Positions 56,775-64,000 of a DNA stretch of 64,000 nucleotides are shown piece by piece (the first letter of the stretch is position 1; each line of letters begins with the position of its first letter). The notes under the pieces were generated by a model. The model saw nothing but the letters and a program-made list of their open reading frames with translations, was not told the origin of the DNA and ran no database searches. This DNA comes from an uncultured Gemmatimonadales bacterium. Its GTDB lineage: Bacteria > Gemmatimonadota > Gemmatimonadetes > Gemmatimonadales > GWC2-71-9. A program made the position numbers and the translations under genes. The stretch spans positions 32,001 through 96,000 of the forward strand of contig CAWGSK010000009.1 in NCBI GenBank assembly GCA_963825055.1. The letters run 5' to 3'.

Positions 56775-57659
56775 ATGACTCACGCAAGGGACAACGCCCG
56801 CCTGCGTCCTTCCGCCTCCGGTGCGTTCGATCAATACCTGCGAGACATCCAGCGGCTGCCCATGATCACCGACCCCGCCGAGGAGCGTCGTCTCGCGCAT
56901 CTTGCCAGGGCCGGGGATGCCGAGGCCGCCGACAGGCTCGTCACGGCCAACCTGCGATTCGTCATCTCGTATGTGAAGCGCTACCAGGGGCATGGGCTCG
57001 AGCTGGGCGAGCTGGTGGCCATCGGGAACGCGGGCCTCCTCAAGGCGGTCGGCAAGTTCGACCCCGCCCACGGAGTGAAGTTCATTTCCTACGCTGTGTG
57101 GTGGGTACGCCAGGCGGTGCTCAAGGCGCTGGCCGAGCAAACCCGGAGTGTCCGGATTCCGCTCAACCAGAATGCGGCCCTCATCCGCCTCTCGCGCACG
57201 GAGGCTTTCCTCGAACAGGAGCTGGGTCGCGGGCCCACCGACGAGGAAATCGCTCTCGCCCTGAACGACACCGTCGCGAACGTACGCCTTGCCCGGAGGA
57301 TGTCGGCCGGGGAACTCTCCCTGGACGCCCCCATCGAACGGGGGGAGCGGCAGGGCTCCACATATGGTGATCGCGTCGCCGATCCCGCCGTCGGCGACGT
57401 CGAGACCACGACCGACGCAAATCTCCTGCGCGAGAGCCTCGAGCGTATTCTCGAGACCTACCTCACGCCGCGGGAACGCCGCATCATCTCACTGTACTAC
57501 GGGCTCGACCACGGCTCGGAGGCGATGACGCTCGAACACATCGGCGGCCTCCTCGGCGTCACGCGCGAACGGATCCGGCAGATCCGCGAGCGCGCGTTCG
57601 AGAAGATCCGCGAGTCCCCCGACCTCGGCGCCCTCAGGAGTTTCTGGATCGCGGCCTGA
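56775..57659 (+). CDS. RpoD/RpoS-like sigma-70 factor lacking region 1.1
   Basis: DQYLRDI (1.2), ANLRFV, KFISYAVWWVRQ (2.3/2.4), SLDAP, TLEHIG..GVTRERIRQI (4.2). Confidence 0.92.
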   Translation: MTHARDNARLRPSASGAFDQYLRDIQRLPMITDPAEERRLAHLARAGDAEAADRLVTANLRFVISYVKRYQGHGLELGELVAIGNAGLLKAVGKFDPAHGVKFISYAVWWVRQAVLKALAEQTRSVRIPLNQNAALIRLSRTEAFLEQELGRGPTDEEIALALNDTVANVRLARRMSAGELSLDAPIERGERQGSTYGDRVADPAVGDVETTTDANLLRESLERILETYLTPRERRIISLYYGLDHGSEAMTLEHIGGLLGVTRERIRQIRERAFEKIRESPDLGALRSFWIAA

Positions 57660-57704
57660 ACGGCGCGCCGGGCACGGCCGCCACAAGCGCGGCTAGATTC
57701 CGGC

Positions 57705-58370
57705 ATGGCCTATCGTCTGCCGCTGTTTCCCCTGGAGCTTGCCCTCTTCCCCGGCATGCCCCAGCCCCTCCATATCTTCGAACCGCGCTACCGGCGGATG
57801 CTGCAGGACTGCCTCGATGGCGGCGGACAGTTCGGCATCATCCCGATGCCGGGCGGCGAAGTGCCTGCCACCGGAGCCGTGGGTTGTACCGCGGAAATCC
57901 GCGCGACGCAGGCCCTGGATGACGGCCGCTCGAACATCCTGGTCCAGGGACGGGAACGGTTCACGCTGGAGGAACTGCTCGAGGCTGACACACCATATCT
58001 CCAGGGCATGGTCACCGCGCTGCACGACACCGACGTGGCCACAGTCCCCCCCGAACGCATCGCGGAACTGACCCGCCTCGGCCGCGACTACCTGGAGGCC
58101 CTGCAGGGACTGACCGATGCCGCCCTGGGCGACCTGACCTGGTCCGACGATCCGGAGGAAGCCAGCCTCCAGGCCGCCGCGCTTCTGGAAACCGACCTCG
58201 ACGTCAAGCGCGAGCTCCTCGCCATGCAGTCCGCGCGGCGACGCATCGGCATCGTGCAGCGGCTGCTGCAGCGCCAGGCCACGGTGGCGGTGGGTCGCGC
58301 CGCTATCCACCGCCACGCCCGCACCAATGGACGGGGACACCCCGACGGGCTCCCCGACACCCCGGGATGA
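57705..58370 (+). CDS. Lon protease N-terminal (substrate-binding) domain protein
   Basis: LPLFPL..LFPG..PLHIFEPRYRRM, DGR..I...G..RF. Confidence 0.9.
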   Translation: MAYRLPLFPLELALFPGMPQPLHIFEPRYRRMLQDCLDGGGQFGIIPMPGGEVPATGAVGCTAEIRATQALDDGRSNILVQGRERFTLEELLEADTPYLQGMVTALHDTDVATVPPERIAELTRLGRDYLEALQGLTDAALGDLTWSDDPEEASLQAAALLETDLDVKRELLAMQSARRRIGIVQRLLQRQATVAVGRAAIHRHARTNGRGHPDGLPDTPG

Positions 58371-59791
58371 ACGGCCTCCCTGCCGCGCTGGCCACGATCG
58401 TCGGACCACGCTGGGTAAAGGGCCTGGACGCCGACCTCGCCACCTACCGCTCCGACGGACTTCCCACCCACGAGTCCACTCCGCGGCTCGTCGTTCTCCC
58501 AGGCTCCCGCGAGGAACTGATTGCGATCGTGCGCTGTCTTCACGCGCACGCGACCCCCTTCGTGCCCAGGGGCGCCGGGACCGGACTCTCGGGAGGGGCG
58601 CTCGCCGGAGGAGATGCGGTCGTCGTCGCGCTCACCCGGCTCAACCGCGTGCTGTCCCTCGACCCGGTCGCACGACGGGCGGTGGTGGAGCCCGGGGTGG
58701 TCAACGCCAGGCTCTCCGCGCTCGCCCGCCCGCACGGCCTCCAGTACGCGCCGGATCCGTCGAGCCAGACGGCCTGTACCATCGGCGGGAACGTCGCCGA
58801 GAACGCCGGCGGTCCGCACTGCCTCAAGTACGGCGTCACGACCAACCACATCTGCGCGCTGGAGGTCGTCCTGCCGGACGGGACGATCACCCGTCTCGGC
58901 AGCCCCGCCGGCGAGCCCTGGGGGCCGGACCTCGTGGGCCTGTTCGTGGGCAGCGAGGGCATGTTCGGCATCGCGACCGAGATCACCGTCCGCCTCGTGC
59001 CACTGCCGCCGGACGTGCGAACGCTGCTGGCTGACTTCACCGCGCTCCGTGACGCAAGTGAGGCTGTAAGCGCGATCATCGCGGCGGGGATCCTGCCCGC
59101 CGCCCTCGAGATGATGGACCGCTCGTGCGTGGCCGCGGTCGAGTCCTCCATCTACGCCGCCGGCTACCCGACTGATGCTGCGGCCGTCCTGCTGGTCGAG
59201 CTCGACGGTCGCCCCGGCGCGGTGGAAGAGGAAACCGACCGGGTGGTGGAACTCCTTACCGGGCACGGCGCGCGCGCCGTGGTGCAGGCCGCCACTGAGG
59301 CGGACCGGACCCGCCTCTGGCAGGGCCGCAAGAAAGCGTTCGGGGCGATGGGAAGGATTGCGCCCGACCTCGTCGTGCAGGACGCCGTCGTCCCGCGCTC
59401 CCGACTGCCGGACATCATGGATACCATCGAGGGGATCGGCCGCCGGCACGGGCTCACGATCAGCAACGTCTTCCATGCAGGAGACGGCAACCTGCACCCG
59501 AACATCAGTTTCGACCGGCGCGAGCCGGCCCTCACCGCCCGGGTACAGGAAGCCAGCCGGGAGATCATGGAAGCCTGCCTCGGCGCCGGCGGCTCCATCA
59601 CTGGTGAGCACGGTATCGGCATGGACAAGCTCGACTATATGCCGCTGATGTTCGATACCGAGGCGCTGGAAGCCATGTGCCAGGTCCGGCAGGTGTTCGA
59701 CCCCGACGGACGGGCCAATCCCGGCAAGGTGGTGCCGGTGCACGCATGCCGGGAATGGCGCGCCGCGCCCGGCATGGGCCACGGGTCATGA
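58367..59791 (+). CDS. glcD: Glycolate oxidase FAD subunit GlcD-like
   Basis: PRGAGTGLSGG, PDPSSQ, GGPHCLKYG, HAGDGNLHP, GEHGIG. Confidence 0.85.
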   Translation: MNGLPAALATIVGPRWVKGLDADLATYRSDGLPTHESTPRLVVLPGSREELIAIVRCLHAHATPFVPRGAGTGLSGGALAGGDAVVVALTRLNRVLSLDPVARRAVVEPGVVNARLSALARPHGLQYAPDPSSQTACTIGGNVAENAGGPHCLKYGVTTNHICALEVVLPDGTITRLGSPAGEPWGPDLVGLFVGSEGMFGIATEITVRLVPLPPDVRTLLADFTALRDASEAVSAIIAAGILPAALEMMDRSCVAAVESSIYAAGYPTDAAAVLLVELDGRPGAVEEETDRVVELLTGHGARAVVQAATEADRTRLWQGRKKAFGAMGRIAPDLVVQDAVVPRSRLPDIMDTIEGIGRRHGLTISNVFHAGDGNLHPNISFDRREPALTARVQEASREIMEACLGAGGSITGEHGIGMDKLDYMPLMFDTEALEAMCQVRQVFDPDGRANPGKVVPVHACREWRAAPGMGHGS

Positions 59792-61002
59792 GCGACGCGA
59801 TCTACGAGCAGCTCCGCGCGGCGCTCGGCGAGTCGGCCGTGACTCGCGAGGGCGACGGCTGCCCGGCCGCGCAACCGGACACCACCGAGGGCGTGGCGCG
59901 CGCCTGCCGGATGGCGCACGAAGAGGGATGGCGGATCCGCATCGAAGGACGCGGCACCTGGCTGCCGCTCGATGCGCCGTGCGACATGGTCCTGCGGCTC
60001 CGGGCCCTGAGTCGCGTCGTGAGCGTCAGCCCCGAGGACCTGGTCACTACGGTGGAAGCGGGCGCGCCGCTCGACGCCGTCGGACACCGGCTCGCGGACC
60101 GCGGGATGTGGCTCGCCCTCGATCCCCCCGGCCGGCCCGACCGCTCCCTCGGGTCGATCGTCGCGACGGCCACGGCGGGTCCCTCGCGCCTTGGCTTCGG
60201 CTCCATCCGCGATCACGTCCTCGGCTGCACGGTCGTCACCGGGGACGGTCGGATCATCCGCGCCGGGGGACGCGTCGTGAAGAATGTGGCGGGCTACGAT
60301 CTCACCCGGCTCCAGGTGGGCGCCTTCGGCGGGTTCGGCGTCATTACCGAACTGCACTGCCGGCTCCGCGCCCTGCCCCGGGCCGACCGCACGCTCCTGG
60401 CGCGCGGCCGGCGGGACACGCTCCTGGCACTGGCGCGCGATGTGATCGAGGCGGGGCTGAGTCCTGCCGCCCTGGAGTTGCTCTCGCCCGCCATCGCCGC
60501 CGAGGCCGACTGGGTACTCGCGGCCCGCTTCCAGGGAGGCGCTGGGGCCGTGGGTGATGACGTCCGCGCCATCCCCGGCGCCGCGGATATCGCCTGGGAC
60601 GCTCTGGCGCCCGAGCGCAGCAGCGCATTCTGGGCGCTCGTGGCCCGTGCCATGGCGGGCGGCACGGTCACCATCCGCCTGGCCGCTCTTGCCGACGGCC
60701 TATACGACCTGCTCGACCTCATCGCACACGACCTGGACGAAGACCTGGTCTCCGCCGGGTGTGGCGATGGCACGGTTCGCTGGACCGGCGCCGCGCCCCC
60801 GGAACGCATCATCGCGCTGCGCCATGCGGCGGCAGCGCGTGAGGTTCCCCTTACCCTCGAGCGCGCCGACTGGGACGTACGGTCGGCGGTGGGGCACTTC
60901 GGGGCCTACCGCGAACACGTCGGCGGCATTGTCGAGCGCCTCCGTGCCAGCTTCGACCCCGGCGGCCGCTTCAGCGTCGCCCTAAGCGCAGGGGAGTCGT
61001 GA
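59788..61002 (+). CDS. glcE: Glycolate oxidase FAD-binding subunit GlcE-like
   Basis: LDPP, GP.R..FG..RD, GGRVVKNVAGYDL, FDP. Confidence 0.85.
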   Translation: MSDAIYEQLRAALGESAVTREGDGCPAAQPDTTEGVARACRMAHEEGWRIRIEGRGTWLPLDAPCDMVLRLRALSRVVSVSPEDLVTTVEAGAPLDAVGHRLADRGMWLALDPPGRPDRSLGSIVATATAGPSRLGFGSIRDHVLGCTVVTGDGRIIRAGGRVVKNVAGYDLTRLQVGAFGGFGVITELHCRLRALPRADRTLLARGRRDTLLALARDVIEAGLSPAALELLSPAIAAEADWVLAARFQGGAGAVGDDVRAIPGAADIAWDALAPERSSAFWALVARAMAGGTVTIRLAALADGLYDLLDLIAHDLDEDLVSAGCGDGTVRWTGAAPPERIIALRHAAAAREVPLTLERADWDVRSAVGHFGAYREHVGGIVERLRASFDPGGRFSVALSAGES

Positions 61003-62264
61003 GCGCATTCGCGGGCCTGGACCCCTGTGTCCACTGTGGATTCTGCCTCAGCGCATGCCCCACTTATCTCGCCACGGGGGACGAGGCGGACAGCCCGCGT
61101 GGCAGGATCGTGCTGATGCGTGCGCTCGAGCGCGGCGAAATTCCCGCCATCGATCCTGCCCTCAACGCCCACCTCGACGCCTGCCTGGGCTGCCGCGGCT
61201 GTGAGCCGGCCTGCCCCTCGGGCGTGGCCTACGGACAGGGCCTGGAGGCGGCGAGAGCGCTGCTCATGACCCGCCGCGGGCTGCCCACCCGGGCGCGCGT
61301 GATGCTCGCCGTCTTCGCCCATGCCTGGCTCCATCGTCCGCTCCTCGCAATGGCACGATGGATCCGAGGTGCGGGCCGGCGTCTGGCGTCGAAGCCTGGA
61401 AGCCCGGGGTTCGCACTCGGCATGCTGGCCGCCACCCGGCCCGTCACGGCGGCCTCCGACGAGGCCGACACCGGACTGGAGTTGAACCGGGGCACGGTTG
61501 CGCTCTTCCGGGGCTGCGTCATGGACGGCCTGTTCGGGCACGTGCACGCTGCCACCCGTCGTGTGCTGGAGGCCAACGGCTATTCCGTGGTGGAGGTCGA
61601 GGGGCAGGTCTGCTGTGGGGCGCTCCATCTTCACGCCGGCGATACCGGCTCCGCCCGCCGGCTCGCCGAAACGAACATGGCCGCCTTCCTGCCGGAAACC
61701 GACTGGATCGTCGTGAACAGCGCCGGCTGCGGAGCCATGCTTCGCGAACTCCCCCGCCTGCTGGACGCCCCGGCTGCAGCGCGTTTCTCCGCGCGCGTGC
61801 GGGACGTCAGCGAACTCCTCGCGGCGGCAGGGCCCCGTCGCGGTGCAGCACTTCCGTTCCGGGTTCTCTACGACGCCCCGTGCCACCTCCAGCACGCCCA
61901 GGGCGTCCATGCCGAGGTCCTTCAGGTCCTGGGCGCCGTTCCAGGTCTCCAGCTGGTTACGCACGAAGGGGCCGACCAGTGCTGCGGCGCCGCGGGGATC
62001 TACTCCATCCTGCAGCCTGGAATGTCGGAGGCCGTCCTCGAGCGGAAGATCGACGCGATCCGGGCGGTGGACCCCGCGCCGGACCTTGTCCTCACCGGCA
62101 ATCCGGGGTGCCTGATGCAGATCGGGGCGGGCCTTCTGTCCGCCGACCTGCCGACCCGCGTGGCGCACCCGGTCGAGGCCCTGGACTGGTCCTACCGGGC
62201 CGCAGGGTATTACGGTACGCCGAAACGCCACGCGCAACCGGGAGCGGAAGCAGGGAATGCCTGA
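60999..62264 (+). CDS. glcF: Glycolate oxidase Fe-S subunit GlcF-like
   Basis: CVHCGFC...CPTY, SPRGR, CLGCRGC...CPSGV, two CCG domains. Confidence 0.85.
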   Translation: MSAFAGLDPCVHCGFCLSACPTYLATGDEADSPRGRIVLMRALERGEIPAIDPALNAHLDACLGCRGCEPACPSGVAYGQGLEAARALLMTRRGLPTRARVMLAVFAHAWLHRPLLAMARWIRGAGRRLASKPGSPGFALGMLAATRPVTAASDEADTGLELNRGTVALFRGCVMDGLFGHVHAATRRVLEANGYSVVEVEGQVCCGALHLHAGDTGSARRLAETNMAAFLPETDWIVVNSAGCGAMLRELPRLLDAPAAARFSARVRDVSELLAAAGPRRGAALPFRVLYDAPCHLQHAQGVHAEVLQVLGAVPGLQLVTHEGADQCCGAAGIYSILQPGMSEAVLERKIDAIRAVDPAPDLVLTGNPGCLMQIGAGLLSADLPTRVAHPVEALDWSYRAAGYYGTPKRHAQPGAEAGNA

Positions 62265-62916
62265 GGCAATTCTGTTCGACTTCAACGGCGTCATCGTTGA
62301 CGATGAGCGCCAGCACTGCGAGGCACTCGTGACTGCACTCGCTGAGGTGGGTATCCCGCTCGACAGTGCGGTGTACTGGCAGGACCACGTGGGCCTCCCG
62401 GACGAGGCCTGCGTTCGGCTCGCGTCCGAGGCCGCGCGTCACCGCCTGGAGGAAGACGCGCTGGAGCGCCTGCTCCAGCGCAAGCATGAGCTCTATGGTG
62501 CGGCCGTCGCAGCGGGCGTCGACCTGGTGCCTGGCCTGAAGGGGTTCCTCGAACGCGCCCGGAAGGCGGGAATGCGCCTGGCAGTGGTCTCGGGTTCGCG
62601 CCGTGAGGAGATTGACCAGTTGCTGGCGGCGCATGGCCTCGGCGATTTCTTCGAGGTGGTGATAGCGGCAGGTGATACGCGCGAGGGCAAACCCGACCCC
62701 ACCTGCTTTCTTCTCGCTTCCCACCGCCTGGGTGTGGCGCCCGGAGAATGTGTCGTGATCGAGGACTCCCTTCCCGGTATCGTGGCCGCGCGGGACGCCG
62801 GCATGGCCGTTGTCGCGCTCACGACGTCGCACGACCCGGCCCGGCTCTCCGCTGCCGACGTGGTCTGGGATGGCTATGCCGGCCAGGGTCCGGAGGACCT
62901 TCCCGCCCATGGCTGA
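62257..62916 (+). CDS. HAD-family phosphatase (beta-PGM/CbbY-like)
   Basis: FDFNGVIVD, GKPDP, VIEDS..G..AA. Confidence 0.87.
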   Translation: MPEAILFDFNGVIVDDERQHCEALVTALAEVGIPLDSAVYWQDHVGLPDEACVRLASEAARHRLEEDALERLLQRKHELYGAAVAAGVDLVPGLKGFLERARKAGMRLAVVSGSRREEIDQLLAAHGLGDFFEVVIAAGDTREGKPDPTCFLLASHRLGVAPGECVVIEDSLPGIVAARDAGMAVVALTTSHDPARLSAADVVWDGYAGQGPEDLPAHG

Positions 62917-63901
62917 CGCGCCACTTGCCCTCGACGAGTTACGCCTGCGCCGGCTCCGCCAGCACGCGGTCGCAGTGCCCGGCGGACACGCGATCTTCGA
63001 AGTGGCAGGGGGCGGCGCGCTCGATTGCCTTCAGGGCCTGCTGACCAATGACCTCGTCCGTCCCGGCCCCGGCACGATGGTGCATGGCGCGCTGCTGACG
63101 CCGAAAGGCATGATCGTGGTGGATGCCTGGGTCCTGCGCATGGCCGAGCGGATCGTGCTGGTTATACCGGCGCACGGGCGGGAAGCCGCGCTCGGCATCT
63201 TTCGCCGGAGCCTTCCACCACGGCTTGCCACCGTGACTGACCGTACTGATTCGTGGGCTCCCATCCACCTCTATGGTGACGAGTCCTGGCTCGTGCTCGA
63301 GCAGGCCGGCCTCCCCATCCCTTCCGCGGCCGGCCATCTGGTCGAGGCGTCCGGTGAGGACGGGGAATCGGTATACGTAACCGCGTGCCCCCCGGCACTG
63401 GCTCCCTTCCGGGCCATGCTGTTGTCCCCGGCAGCCGGGCTCGATGACTTCATGGCGACGCTCAAGTCCGCCGGGGCCGAGCCGGGCTCCGGAACCGACG
63501 CCGAAGCGGCACGGATCATGGCCGGCTGGCCGGGACTTGGAGCGGAGATCGGCGAGAAGACACTCCCTCAGGAGGTCCGGTTCGACGAGATGGGCAGTGT
63601 GTCCTACACGAAGGGATGCTACACCGGACAGGAGACCGTGGCCCGGGTCCACTTCCGCGGACATCCCAACCGGGAACTGCGGGGGCTGGTCTGGGATGAC
63701 CCTGATCCACTCGTGGGCGACACGGTGGAAACGGGCGACCGGGTGGTCGGAACCATCGGGTCGACACTCGCCCTCCCCCGGCGGAGGCTGGGACTTTCCT
63801 CCATCCGGCGTGAGGTCGAAACGGGACAGACGGTGAGCGCCGGAGGGCGGCAGGCCCTGGTGGTGCCTCTCCCGTTCCCTGAGGCACTCATCGACGACTG
63901 A
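62909..63901 (+). CDS. ygfZ: Folate-binding YgfZ/GcvT-family protein
   Basis: LQGLLTND, LTPKG, KGCYTGQE signature. Confidence 0.88.
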   Translation: MADAPLALDELRLRRLRQHAVAVPGGHAIFEVAGGGALDCLQGLLTNDLVRPGPGTMVHGALLTPKGMIVVDAWVLRMAERIVLVIPAHGREAALGIFRRSLPPRLATVTDRTDSWAPIHLYGDESWLVLEQAGLPIPSAAGHLVEASGEDGESVYVTACPPALAPFRAMLLSPAAGLDDFMATLKSAGAEPGSGTDAEAARIMAGWPGLGAEIGEKTLPQEVRFDEMGSVSYTKGCYTGQETVARVHFRGHPNRELRGLVWDDPDPLVGDTVETGDRVVGTIGSTLALPRRRLGLSSIRREVETGQTVSAGGRQALVVPLPFPEALIDD

Positions 63902-63914
63902 CCGGAAAACAACA

Positions 63915-63942
63915 GGCCCCGCCACAAGGCGGGGCCCTTCTT
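63915..63942. terminator. Probable bidirectional intrinsic terminator
   Basis: GGCCCCGCC-ACAA-GGCGGGGCC stem; A-rich 5' flank, pyrimidine-rich 3' flank. Confidence 0.7.
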
Positions 63943-64000
63943 CCTGCGGATGGCCCCCTCGGGCCGGCGGCCGCTCAGTTGGGCGCCATCGCTCCCGAAT

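Noticed and set aside
63975..64000. 3' end of a minus-strand gene (..SGAMAPN-stop)
   Set aside because: Plausible given the bidirectional terminator, but too short to support as a feature.

Overview
High-GC bacterial chromosomal window, almost entirely housekeeping and envelope genes. The gene set and order suggest Gemmatimonadota (inference). In order it holds: an LPS/surface-glycan cluster (GT4/GT2/GT9, CgeB-like GT, MsbA-like flippase, PorX-like REC-PglZ regulator, patatin-ferredoxin fusion); a long core operon yebC-ruvC-ruvA-(Zn-ribbon mini-gene)-ruvB-queA-tgt-yajC-def-fmt-thiE-thiS-thiG-rsmB-PASTA-rpe-tlpA-tsaD-lgt; a minus-strand block (TamA/BamA, TamB, DAG-kinase-like, GAF/PAS histidine kinase, NtrC-like regulator with degenerate motifs, 8-Cys mini-protein, NlpC/P60, HAD, acpS, Fur-boxed cytochrome c-FTR1 iron permease); then a peptide ABC pair, dacB, sixA, ferredoxin-NADP reductase, pduO, aroB, a sigma-70 factor, Lon-N protein, glcDEF, HAD and ygfZ. 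No rRNA, tRNA, CRISPR array, transposase or integrase was recognised. Two non-coding signals stand out. (1) A candidate sigma-54-dependent small RNA at about 30640-30787, with a putative enhancer, IHF-like site, -24/-12 promoter, three stem-loops and its own terminator. (2) A family of at least 8 intergenic elements built from 7/8-mer tandem repeats with consistent polarity (purine-rich arm left, C-rich arm right) and shared junction motifs; two homologous ~100-bp copies bracket sixA. Five +1 frameshifts in three glycosyltransferase genes in the first 8 kb are most likely assembly errors. All calls come from reading the sequence and ORF track; no database searches were run.
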